Of a stretch of 60,936 bases of DNA, positions 27,030 to 35,224 are shown one piece after another (within the stretch, counting starts at the first letter, position 1; every line of letters begins with the position of its first letter). This DNA is from a virus. The stretch is from the IMG/VR virus record IMGVR_UViG_3300015241_000003; one strand, written 5' to 3'. The position numbers and the translations under genes are program-made. The notes beneath the pieces are model-generated. The model worked only from the letters and a program-made list of their open reading frames with translations, was not told the origin of the DNA and searched no databases.

Positions 27030-27610
27030 CCCTGTATACCTTTCAATCCTAATATCTCGACTATCTGTTCCAGCACACCTTTCGATGGTCGGGCGTGTGC
27101 CGTCTCGTAGCCCTGGATAGATGTCTTGGCAATGCGTCTGCCATCCTTCCGATAGATCTTATGCGCAAGTTCCTCCTGTGTCCATCCCAACCCTTCACGT
27201 GCTTCTCTCATCTTGCGCCCTAACTCCTCATCACCTACTTTCAGTGTTCCTTGGCCTGTCAGCACTCGCGGCTTAGGCTGTGCTTGGTTGGCTTCCCACT
27301 CCTGTCTGCATTCCTCAAGCGATGGGTAGCTTTGCAAGATTTGAAACACGCACCGCTTCATCTCCTTTGACCACAGAAGCGATAGCTGGCATCGCAGGCA
27401 GTAGATCCTACCATCCATGCTGTGGTAGAGGATACGTGCCTTACAGCCTGCACAGGCATACTGAGCGGACACCACGTACGGTATGCCGCTCTTGAGCTCT
27501 CTCTTCAGCTCAATGACGAGAGCTTCGAGCTTTCGCTGGTAGTACTCGTCAAAGCTCTCACGCTGCATCATTTGGTTCCCTGACCAGTGCTTCTTCTCAG
27601 CTTCAATCAT
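27026..27610 (-). CDS. zinc-ribbon plus XRE-type HTH protein
   Basis: CAGC...CLRC in the N-terminal half. The C-terminal HTH reads LGWTQEELAHKIYRKDGRRIAKTSIQGYE. Confidence 0.6.
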   Translation of the reverse strand: MIEAEKKHWSGNQMMQRESFDEYYQRKLEALVIELKRELKSGIPYVVSAQYACAGCKARILYHSMDGRIYCLRCQLSLLWSKEMKRCVFQILQSYPSLEECRQEWEANQAQPKPRVLTGQGTLKVGDEELGRKMREAREGLGWTQEELAHKIYRKDGRRIAKTSIQGYETAHARPSKGVLEQIVEILGLKGIQG

Positions 27611-27909
27611 TCAACCCTTCCTTTCATGTGTGCTGGTAGATACCGTTGCATAGCTTCTGCTCTCCTGATGCCTTCATCCGTACCACGAACATCTAGCATA
27701 TTCCCTACCTTCTTCTGCTCATCATACGATAAGCGCCTTCTGATGTGATAGTACTGTCCTGTCCACTCATGCCACTCTCCAAGCGCCTTGTTCCCAACTC
27801 CCTGTAGAGCGTCAAGAGCTGCACGCTGTAAGAACTGTTCATTAGGCACATATCCGGGTGCCATAGCCGCTGAGGAGTGCCAAACTGGTCCTCCGTAACC
27901 TTCTTCCAT
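27607..27909 (-). CDS. hypothetical protein
   Basis: 100-aa ORF with an ATGA overlap onto the next gene. Confidence 0.5.
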   Translation of the reverse strand: MEEGYGGPVWHSSAAMAPGYVPNEQFLQRAALDALQGVGNKALGEWHEWTGQYYHIRRRLSYDEQKKVGNMLDVRGTDEGIRRAEAMQRYLPAHMKGRVE

Positions 27910-28056
27910 TCACTCATATCCTGAGTTTATTGTCAGAACTATACTGTATGTGCCTTTCTTGTATCCAAACCTTGGATGAGCTGTTTCGATTGCTAGACGG
28001 CAATGATGCTTGATAGCTCTTGATTGCTGTTCATTCACTAGCCATCTCCTTTCTTG

Positions 28057-28377
28057 CTAATGCGCCGGATAGTTGATAGCCGCTTCAGCAGCCTTTTCCT
28101 TCGTTGCCACCTTCACCACAGTCCCGCCGTCAATCTTCCCTTGTTTCGTCCTAGCAGCCCTTTCTAGCCGAGCCTTGACTTCTGCAATAGCTTTTGCTAC
28201 CTCCTCTTCAGAAGCAGCCTCTAGCGCCTGCTGAGAGGCGAACTCGATCTTGCCGGTCTGGACGCGGTACCCGTAGGTGGTCGGTACATAGAGCGATATC
28301 AGGAAGCGCGGCGAGTACTTGCTGAGCAGGTTGAGCCCTGCGCCAGTGACCAGCCTCTCGAATTGATCCTTATCCAT
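28057..28377 (-). CDS. hypothetical protein
   Basis: 106-aa ORF with a purine-rich RBS. Confidence 0.5.
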   Translation of the reverse strand: MDKDQFERLVTGAGLNLLSKYSPRFLISLYVPTTYGYRVQTGKIEFASQQALEAASEEEVAKAIAEVKARLERAARTKQGKIDGGTVVKVATKEKAAEAAINYPAH

Positions 28378-28417
28378 CTCTCTCTTCTCCTATAGCCCTA
28401 TGGCTACATGAACTACT

Positions 28418-28615
28418 CTACTGCTCTTTACTCTCTTCTACATCTTCTGTGCGACCTAAAATGTAGCCCGTCACCATACAAAGGTCTATGCCATCCCGCT
28501 GTTGTTCAAGTGCTAGAAGACACCAGCCGCTTTTCAGGAGCTTGTTCACTTGATTGATGTTATAAATCTTCGTTATCTCTTTGATGTGCTCAAGTGAGCC
28601 GTTTTGACTGTTCAT
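28418..28615 (-). CDS. hypothetical protein
   Basis: 65-aa ORF with a GGAGGA RBS. Confidence 0.5.
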   Translation of the reverse strand: MNSQNGSLEHIKEITKIYNINQVNKLLKSGWCLLALEQQRDGIDLCMVTGYILGRTEDVEESKEQ

Positions 28616-28620
28616 CGCTT

Positions 28621-29955
28621 TTAATCCTCCATTCCTGGCATCATATCAGAAAACCGTGTCAACTGTGGCGTAAACCAAAGCGTGTCGACTCCTACAGGTC
28701 CGTTGCGGTGCTTTGCTACCATAATATCAAGAGCGTACCCATTATCCTTTATTTCTTGGTTTGGGTCCTGATGGATAAACATCACTACATCTGCGTCTTG
28801 CTCAATTGTACCGGATTCTCTCAAGTCTGATAACTGAGGCGTCTTGTCCTGTCTTGTCTCAACTGCTCTTGAGAGCTGAGCCAGTGCTACCACTGGCACA
28901 TTCAATTCTCTTGCCAGTTCCTTGAGCCCACGACTGAGCAGCGAAACTTCCTGTGTCCGGTTCTCTGGTGTCTTGCCCTTGTCGGTCATACCCCGCATAA
29001 GCTGCATGTAGTCCACAAGGATGAAGTCTAGCCCATGCTCAGCTTGATAGCGCAACGCTCGACTCCTCATGTCAGTCAAGCTGATAGCAGGCGTGTCGTC
29101 AATCCACATCCGATCTGTAGAAAGCGTGCTCGCAGCGTCCATAAGCCGTCCCCAGTGCTCTTCCTCAATATCGCCATTGCGCAATCTCGTCTGATCTACC
29201 GTCGCTTCCATCGACACCAGACGGCGTACAAGCTGTTCTTCACCCATCTCAAGAGAGAATATCATGATGCTTAGTCCCTGATGAGTAGTGTCTTTGATGA
29301 TACGCGAAGCAACGTTCAAAGCCAGGCTGGTTTTGCCTACAGCAGGTCTCGCAGCCAGGACAATCAAGTCTGATGGCTGGAAGCCACCGAGTATCTGGTC
29401 CAGTACACGGAAGCCAGTCGGCACGCCTGTTAGACTGCCTCTGTTCTCATGAAGCTTATCAAGTTTGACCATAAAGCGAGAGATGGCATCCTTTAGCGAT
29501 GTACCACGCCCCATGCTCTTGCTCTGTCCAATCATGTGTATCATCTCCTCTGTCTTCAGCATGGCATCCTCATCTTCGTTATACGCCCATTGTGCCATCT
29601 GAGCAGATGCATTAATGAGTTGTCTGTACTGTGCTTTCTTCTGGACAATACGAGCATAGTATTCAACATTCACACTCGTTGGGGTCATGTCCGCAAGTGA
29701 GGTAATGTAGCTGGAGCCGCCCGCATCCTCTAGCTTATCAGCACGCTCTAGCTCCTCAATAAGTATGATATAGTCGGCTGGCTCGTGTCTGGCATACAGT
29801 GAGAGCACAGTGCTATAAATCACCTGGTGTCTTGTCCGGTAAAAGTCCTCTGGTCGGAGGATATCGGCAACCCGCGTGATAGCCTCTGGATCAATACGGA
29901 TACTTCCGAGTACGGCCTGCTCAGCTTCGATGTTATGCGGTAACTGCTTTTCCAT
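28621..29955 (-). CDS. dnaB: replicative DNA helicase DnaB
   Basis: N-terminal PHNIEAEQAVLGS, Walker A AARPAVGKTS, Walker B ILVDYMQLM, and SRGLKELARELNVPVVALAQLSR. Confidence 0.95.
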   Translation of the reverse strand: MEKQLPHNIEAEQAVLGSIRIDPEAITRVADILRPEDFYRTRHQVIYSTVLSLYARHEPADYIILIEELERADKLEDAGGSSYITSLADMTPTSVNVEYYARIVQKKAQYRQLINASAQMAQWAYNEDEDAMLKTEEMIHMIGQSKSMGRGTSLKDAISRFMVKLDKLHENRGSLTGVPTGFRVLDQILGGFQPSDLIVLAARPAVGKTSLALNVASRIIKDTTHQGLSIMIFSLEMGEEQLVRRLVSMEATVDQTRLRNGDIEEEHWGRLMDAASTLSTDRMWIDDTPAISLTDMRSRALRYQAEHGLDFILVDYMQLMRGMTDKGKTPENRTQEVSLLSRGLKELARELNVPVVALAQLSRAVETRQDKTPQLSDLRESGTIEQDADVVMFIHQDPNQEIKDNGYALDIMVAKHRNGPVGVDTLWFTPQLTRFSDMMPGMED

Positions 29956-29966
29956 GATTATTCTCC

Positions 29967-31109
29967 TTACTTAAATGTAAACTTCTGTGTAGCCTTATTG
30001 CCTAAAGTAACCTTCTGCGTTTCCTGTGTCTCCATTTGTGCTTGGTATTGAGCACTTTTCCATCTCGAATACTCACTTACCACGTGCCCTAGCTCCTTAG
30101 ACTTTCCCTCGTAAAAGCCGTTTCTGTCGTTTTTCTTGGCAAAGTTGAGCACCTTGAAGATAATGTCCTTGGAGATCTCAACCTTGGAGAGCGTCTCACA
30201 GTGCTGAGCAGCCGTCTCTGTGAGCTTGGGAGGTATGCCCTTATTCCATGGCATGTCGAGCCAGATATCCCAGACGCGTCGCCCGGCCTCTGAAAGCGCG
30301 GGCTCTTCCAATTTTGGCAGGGGTTTCTGTAAGGGCTCGGTGTTACGTGTCACACGAACGCTTTTCTTGGAAGAGGTCTTTCGTGTAGTTTTTGGCTCTA
30401 CGGGTGTTGTATCTGTTGTGGCTATAGGAGATGCATGTTGTTCTAACTGCTCCTGCTCAAGGCGAGTTGCTTCAGCTACGTGGTAAGCGATTTGTTCAGA
30501 AACAGAAAGTTCAGTCGGTGGGGCATCGACGTTAGTCGCTATACCGTTAGGTATATTATCTATGTTAGGTTTCTTAGTAGATTCTATGTTGCGTTTACTT
30601 TTAGACGGGTCATCGTCTACTAATAGACGGGTATCCCGTTTACTTTTAGACGCGTCCTCAGAATTATCCCGTCTATTAGTAGACGCGTCTACTTTTGGAC
30701 GCGTGTGTTTAGGCTCTCTTTCAGGCAGATCCTTTACTCTATGGTTAAGTTCCTGACAGTTAAGCCGATACTTATAAGTATCCTTTCCGTACATTCGGTG
30801 TTTTTCGCGGGATATGAGACCTTCACCTATCAGCTCTTCTAGGCTATCAATGATGACACATCTGCCAAACATGCTATACATAGCTTCTGTCCATTGGGGA
30901 TAGGTCATGTAGATGCTCAGGTCCTCGCCTTTACCGCGCTTATCGTTTGTCCAGCTTTCGAGAATAGCTAAGATGAAAGCTTTGCAATGAGGGGATGCCT
31001 TGCTCTTACTCTTCCTATAAGAGCAGCCCTGGCAGATGTGCAGATACTCTTCCCGAAGCTCTATAAAGTAGTAGTTTGCCCTGTGCTCAATGACGCTATT
31101 ATTACTCAT
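29967..31109 (-). CDS. replication initiator (lambda O-like; origin inside the gene)
   Basis: 380-aa ORF directly upstream of dnaB. It has a winged-helix-like N-terminal domain, and its low-complexity middle is encoded by five dyad repeats. Confidence 0.55.
   Translation of the reverse strand: MSNNSVIEHRANYYFIELREEYLHICQGCSYRKSKSKASPHCKAFILAILESWTNDKRGKGEDLSIYMTYPQWTEAMYSMFGRCVIIDSLEELIGEGLISREKHRMYGKDTYKYRLNCQELNHRVKDLPEREPKHTRPKVDASTNRRDNSEDASKSKRDTRLLVDDDPSKSKRNIESTKKPNIDNIPNGIATNVDAPPTELSVSEQIAYHVAEATRLEQEQLEQHASPIATTDTTPVEPKTTRKTSSKKSVRVTRNTEPLQKPLPKLEEPALSEAGRRVWDIWLDMPWNKGIPPKLTETAAQHCETLSKVEISKDIIFKVLNFAKKNDRNGFYEGKSKELGHVVSEYSRWKSAQYQAQMETQETQKVTLGNKATQKFTFK
30592..30701. repeat. 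putative origin: five 16-bp dyad sites CGT(C/T)TA-N4-T(A/G)GACG
   Basis: Sites at 30592-30607, 30614-30629, 30637-30652, 30670-30685 and 30686-30701. Examples are CGTCTACTAATAGACG and CGTCTATTAGTAGACG. Confidence 0.65.
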
Positions 31110-31159
31110 AGACGTACTCCGTTTCTATCTATCGCTACCCAGCACGTCTATGCATTGCC

Positions 31160-31188
31160 TTGACCTTTTTGATCGGCAAGGCTATACT
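31160..31188 (+). promoter_or_regulatory. sigma70-type promoter TTGACC-17-TATACT
   Basis: -35 at 31160-31165 and -10 at 31183-31188, in the gap between two minus-strand genes. Confidence 0.55.
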
Positions 31189-31194
31189 AAAAAC

Positions 31195-31307
31195 AGGTAG
31201 CGACTCGTAAGGGTCATCTCTTCCGGTCGGCAAAACTATCAGAGGTGACCTGAATGCTACTAAATCTTCAATTGTAGGGGGCCACCCAACGGTGGCTTTT
31301 ATTTTTT
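31195..31307 (+). ncRNA. candidate small RNA (about 110 nt), opposite-strand to flanking genes
   Basis: It lies between the promoter at 31160 and the terminator at 31281-31307, with no ORF. Its 3-prime end overlaps the stop region of the convergent HTH gene. Confidence 0.45.
31281..31307 (+). terminator. intrinsic terminator
   Basis: GCCACC-CAAC-GGTGGC followed by TTTTATTTTTT. Confidence 0.75.
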
Positions 31308-31523
31308 GTCTTCTGGCTCCTGAATGTTGCTTTGCTCTTCCAGGTATCTCTCTATCGCCGTCTCTGTGATCCTCCACTGACTCCCGACTTTGGAAGCCTT
31401 TAGCTGCTTGTTTTTGATCAGGTGCATAATCGTGTCCGGGGATACTCTCAGCGCTTCCGCCGCTTCTGCCAAGGTGAAGATTTGCTCTCTCATTGCTAGC
31501 ATCGCCATTTCCCTTTCTGTCAT
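31299..31523 (-). CDS. excisionase-family (HTH_17-like) DNA-binding protein
   Basis: FTLAEAAEALRVSPDTIMHLIKNKQLKASKVGSQWRI. The start may instead be a downstream ATG (M8). Confidence 0.65.
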   Translation of the reverse strand: MTEREMAMLAMREQIFTLAEAAEALRVSPDTIMHLIKNKQLKASKVGSQWRITETAIERYLEEQSNIQEPEDKK

Positions 31524-31624
31524 TGTATTTTCGATCCGTCCCTATAGTAGCATACATAGACAGGCAATCGCAAGGCTTTACGGCTGTTTGCACTATCATA
31601 CCCGTATATCCGTTACATTCGCTC

Positions 31625-31780
31625 TTATTCACTTTCGCTCTCCTCTCTCGGCGTCTCGCGATACTCTCTCACAACTCTCATAGCAAATATCGCCCATACA
31701 ATCCCTACCCACACATACCAGCTCTTGAATGCTACATCTAGCAGTGATAGCGCCCATGTGAGCCAATCGATATCATGCAT
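31625..31780 (-). CDS. possible 51-aa membrane protein
   Basis: ATG overlaps the upstream stop. The product is MHDIDWLTWALSLLDVAFKSWYVWVGIVWAIFAM... Confidence 0.4.
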   Translation of the reverse strand: MHDIDWLTWALSLLDVAFKSWYVWVGIVWAIFAMRVVREYRETPREESESE

Positions 31781-31967
31781 CTCTCTTGTCCTTTACAGCT
31801 ATCATGGGTATTCTAGCCTTTATTTGCTGCAATACGAGAAACTCAATACGTGACTGTGTTGTATTTATCTCTGATAATGCATCCATACTACGGTCTAGTA
31901 TCTGTAAGAGCACGCTTATCTCTTTGATACCGTGTAGCTCCAAAACTAAAATATCTTGCTTGTGCAT
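31773..31967 (-). CDS. hypothetical protein
   Basis: 64-aa ORF with an AAAGG RBS. Confidence 0.45.
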   Translation of the reverse strand: MHKQDILVLELHGIKEISVLLQILDRSMDALSEINTTQSRIEFLVLQQIKARIPMIAVKDKRDA

Positions 31968-32167
31968 AATTCTTGCCTTTCTTCCTCTGCTAGCAGTTCT
32001 GCTTCCTTCTTACGTGCCATAGCTATGATAAGCTCTTTTAGCAGGAACATCTCTTCTTGATGATCTGTGTGCATCCTGATCAGGAGTGTGTCTATGAACA
32101 TGTCATAGCCTCTAACTAAGTTCCATGCCGTGATAGTCCTCAGCTCGCTATCTAATCCATTGATCAT
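31946..32167 (-). CDS. hypothetical protein
   Basis: 73-aa ORF with an AAAGGA RBS. Confidence 0.45.
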   Translation of the reverse strand: MINGLDSELRTITAWNLVRGYDMFIDTLLIRMHTDHQEEMFLLKELIIAMARKKEAELLAEEERQELCTSKIF

Positions 32168-32213
32168 AGTCTATATCCTTTCTTGCCCTGTATTGTCCTA
32201 TGCATTGTTTACC

Positions 32214-32399
32214 TCACCATGCTTTCATCTGTAAATATTCGTCTGCATCCATATCTGATACTGATGCATCTATTCCTTTGCATGGCAACATACAAGTGAC
32301 ACATGCCATGATGATGCACATGATGAGTACAAGCAGCAAAGGTAGCGATATGAGCAGAAGATAGATGATAGCGAATATAGCGTTTATGACATACTTCAT
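32214..32399 (-). CDS. small membrane protein
   Basis: 61 aa: AIFAIIYLLLISLPLLLVLIMCIIMACVTCML. Confidence 0.5.
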   Translation of the reverse strand: MKYVINAIFAIIYLLLISLPLLLVLIMCIIMACVTCMLPCKGIDASVSDMDADEYLQMKAW

Positions 32400-32536
32400 A
32401 TGCGCCTCCAGTTGCCAAAGAGGGCTATGGCGAGCAGGAGTGCATCGAGTATCCAGTAGGCAAAGAAGGCGAGCACCTTGAGCCAGTGAGGCCAGGGTGA
32501 GAGCGTGAGGAGGATAGCATTGAAGAGTGGGATCAT
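32396..32536 (-). CDS. possible 46-aa membrane protein
   Basis: ATGA overlaps at both ends. The product is MIPLFNAILLTLSPWPHWLKVLAFFAYWILDALLLAIALFGNWRRI. Confidence 0.4.
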   Translation of the reverse strand: MIPLFNAILLTLSPWPHWLKVLAFFAYWILDALLLAIALFGNWRRI

Positions 32537-32763
32537 GGTCGCTTGTCCTTTATCATTTGTAGGTACTCTAAATACTGTTGTTTAAGGTCAGCGTAGATCT
32601 TACGCTTCTCCTCTTCATCAGTAATGCCTGCTATGTGCTTTCTTCCTTCAAGCCATACTTTCGCCCTTCCAGCAGCGTCAAGGTCTTCTAAGTTGTATCG
32701 CCTGTATTCTTCTTTATAATCTATGTGGCCCTTAATGAAGATGTTCTCTTGTTCGTTGGTCAT
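32533..32763 (-). CDS. hypothetical protein
   Basis: 76-aa charged ORF with translationally coupled overlaps. Confidence 0.5.
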   Translation of the reverse strand: MTNEQENIFIKGHIDYKEEYRRYNLEDLDAAGRAKVWLEGRKHIAGITDEEEKRKIYADLKQQYLEYLQMIKDKRP

Positions 32764-33650
32764 ATCAGTCTTCCTTCCTGTTTGCGTCGTGGGTCATTCT
32801 CTGGCTTCCAGCTTCTATAATAGACAATGCCACTAATACCGCCTTCGCTATAACCATACATTTTCCCAATCTCTCGAAGCGACATTTGCTTACTTGCATA
32901 AAGTCTTCGTATTTCATCGACTTGTTCCCATGTAATCCTTGCATTCGGATGATTTTCACCTCTAAGGTGTTTAATCTCTATTCCTTGCTCTGCTCTTATC
33001 TTGCATCTATGGGAACAATAATCTCTGCTTAAGGGGCTAAACTCAAGACGGTGAAAATCTGTACCACAAGCTTTGCAGGTATAACTTACTCGCTTTCCAT
33101 ACTCCCTTTTCTCTTGGGGCGCTATGATTGGCCTTTTCACTCTAAGGGAATACTCACGATCAATAGCAATAGCCAAGCGCTTAGCTGTCATTGGCATTTT
33201 TGCATCTTCCAACTCACACAATACTTTTCTTGTTTCTGGGGCATAATTCCCCCATCTCTCCAGATCATTGAGCCCATATCTAGGGGTATACCTGTAAGCG
33301 TTAAAGCACCTCTTGCTGCAAAAATATTTTGTACCAATCTTTGGTTGACTGATAGGCTTTCCGCACCTTTTACAATTCGATCTAGTTCTACTCTCTTGAT
33401 AAGATGTATCTACTTCCCCTACGCGGTAATATCTAGTCCAGCAGAGATTTTTATTATCACAAAAATCCCTTCTGCACCTATCGCCTTGAGCTAAGGGTTT
33501 GCCACAAGCTTTGCAAAAGCCCCTTCCAATTTTTCGACATTCAATGCTGCAAAAGTCCTTATATCTCCCGTACCTCTCTTTGATATCTGGCAAAGCCCCT
33601 CCGCATGCAGCGCACTCTGCTGGTAATTCGTAAGACTTGCTCGTGTTCAT
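32760..33650 (-). CDS. multi-zinc-ribbon (FCS/TRASH-like repeats) protein with C-terminal HTH
   Basis: Repeated C-x2-C ... (F/Y)CSxxC units (FCSIEC, FCSKRC, YCSHRC). The C-terminal NARITWEQVDEIRRLYASKQMSLREIGKMYGYSEGGISGIVYYRSW is HTH-like. Confidence 0.55.
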   Translation of the reverse strand: MNTSKSYELPAECAACGGALPDIKERYGRYKDFCSIECRKIGRGFCKACGKPLAQGDRCRRDFCDNKNLCWTRYYRVGEVDTSYQESRTRSNCKRCGKPISQPKIGTKYFCSKRCFNAYRYTPRYGLNDLERWGNYAPETRKVLCELEDAKMPMTAKRLAIAIDREYSLRVKRPIIAPQEKREYGKRVSYTCKACGTDFHRLEFSPLSRDYCSHRCKIRAEQGIEIKHLRGENHPNARITWEQVDEIRRLYASKQMSLREIGKMYGYSEGGISGIVYYRSWKPENDPRRKQEGRLI

Positions 33651-33665
33651 GCTGTCTTTCCTTCC

Positions 33666-34019
33666 CTATGGCTTCCAGTTCCTCATAGTCTCCGCTGCAC
33701 GCCTGTCATACTGCATGCCGATGTCCGTCGCTTTCATGCCTGGGAACAGTCTCTCATAGTTCTTATTCAGCATCTCAGCTTCTTCCATAAGCGCCCTCTG
33801 GTAGTCCTCTGTGGTGAATAGGCCATGCCTCACACAGAGGCCGATGAGGGTTGAAACTTCAGCTCGTAGCAGGATCGTGACCTCGCGATGGTCTTTCACG
33901 GCCTGACATTCCGGGTCATCTGCCAGCCGTGTGCCGAGCTGCCATGAGACTAGTACGACTCTCCATTTAGCAAGCCTGTTGAGGGTGTTCTGTAGTTTCT
34001 GAGCTAAATTCGTGTTCAT
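33666..34019 (-). CDS. hypothetical protein
   Basis: 117-aa ORF with an ATGA overlap onto the upstream gene. Confidence 0.5.
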   Translation of the reverse strand: MNTNLAQKLQNTLNRLAKWRVVLVSWQLGTRLADDPECQAVKDHREVTILLRAEVSTLIGLCVRHGLFTTEDYQRALMEEAEMLNKNYERLFPGMKATDIGMQYDRRAAETMRNWKP

Positions 34020-34237
34020 GCTGATGTTGCCTTCCTTCCGTAGTCGTGCTCAATGGCATGCTTGATAAGTAGTTCTTTCTTGTGAATACCAGTCTTGAGC
34101 ATAATGCTATAAACATGGTCATATACTGTTATTACGCTAATACCAAGATTTACGCTTATATCCTCGTAAGTTCTATGTTCTGCTAATAGCCCGAGGACTT
34201 GCTTTTCTCTTGGGCTTATTGGTCCTTCGCGTCTCAT
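34016..34237 (-). CDS. LuxR/GerE-type HTH regulator (stand-alone sigma70 region-4-like)
   Basis: ISPREKQVLGLLAEHRTYEDISVNLGISVITVYDHVYSIMLKTG, with a GGAGGGAG RBS. Confidence 0.7.
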   Translation of the reverse strand: MRREGPISPREKQVLGLLAEHRTYEDISVNLGISVITVYDHVYSIMLKTGIHKKELLIKHAIEHDYGRKATSA

Positions 34238-34279
34238 GTGGACTCCCTCCTATCTAGCCAAAAAAGACAAGGGTATTAT

Positions 34280-34328
34280 CCGTAATTATACGGTACTATC
34301 TCTAGTACTGTCATTCCGTAAAATTACG
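34280..34328 (-). promoter_or_regulatory. promoter ATGACA-18-TATAAT flanked by CCGTA..TACGG palindromes
   Basis: On the minus strand, -35 is at 34309-34314 and -10 at 34285-34290. Palindrome CCGTAATTATACGG (34280-34293) overlaps the -10. CCGTAAAATTACG (34315-34327) lies just upstream of the -35. Confidence 0.5.
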
Positions 34329-34804
34329 TATTTTGCAGCTATCAATATGCCGAGCTGTACCGGGAAGCCGATCTGCGCTAAAAATGGGTGTGTTAAATTC
34401 CTGTCAAGTAGGCCAAGTAGCTGAGCCCGTATAGGCATGATGATTCCACATATACTCGAATAGTATGTTGAGGCATGCGGATTGATGCATGTAAGGTGTA
34501 AGGCGGAGGCAGGTTGTAGTACGACATATGAGTTCACTTTCTTGATTTCTTGTGTAAAGAGTTTATGGCTGAGTTTACACTTTTAGTGTACATGTTAAAA
34601 TTACATTAAGGCGCGGACTTTGGATGCGCTTTGTGGTTGCAATGTCTTAACAAGTAGATACAAAGTGGTTGTGATTGTGTGTTGCTGGTTGAGGACATGA
34701 AGATATCCGTATACCGGGTGATTCCCCTATATACGGACGTGGTACGATATGTGGTTGAGGCGCGTATTCCATGTTATTGTAGACCCACTACAACTTCACG
34801 TGCC

Positions 34805-35032
34805 TCATATTTCTGGATGATCTGGGAATGTTACAAGCTCTCGAATGGGTACTCCTAAAGCTTGCGATAGTGCTTGCATTTCTCCGGGTCCTGGGAACCT
34901 TGTCCCGTTTTCCCATCGCCTGATCGTGCTAATGTGTACTCCCATGATGATAGCAAGTTTCTGCTGTGTCATCTTCTCTTTCTGGCTCTTGCGGATCTGC
35001 CTCAGTCGCAACGGGAACAGGTCTTCTAGCAC
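34805..35032 (-). CDS. XRE-family (Cro/CI-type) HTH regulator
   Basis: MTQQKLAIIMGVHISTIRRWENG. GTG start. It is divergent from the H-NOX-like gene. Confidence 0.75.
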   Translation of the reverse strand: MLEDLFPLRLRQIRKSQKEKMTQQKLAIIMGVHISTIRRWENGTRFPGPGEMQALSQALGVPIRELVTFPDHPEI

Positions 35033-35224
35033 AGCAGGCCTTATCTAGTTTCGCACTACTATAGCAGAGACTAGACGCCCAAAGGCTAGCCATAATGGCT
35101 ATCTTTTCAATCGCTTTATAGTACAATTGGTGCATTTCAATGGCATGATATACTGAACATTCCGCCTATTCAAAACAACAGTTCTTGTGTAATTTATTGG
35201 AACAAGTGTACTAGGAGGTTTACT

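Noticed and set aside
31135-31632. A 165-aa minus-strand ORF spanning the initiator/excisionase-like intergenic region.
   Set aside because: It overlaps, in another frame, the well-supported HTH ORF 31299-31523. It also runs through the plus-strand promoter/terminator unit, and its translation is low-complexity.
34286-34537. An 83-aa minus-strand ORF in the 567-bp gap between the regulator genes.
   Set aside because: It has a GTG start with no RBS and runs across the predicted promoter and operator palindromes. Its composition is unlike neighbouring genes, so I treated the region as non-coding.
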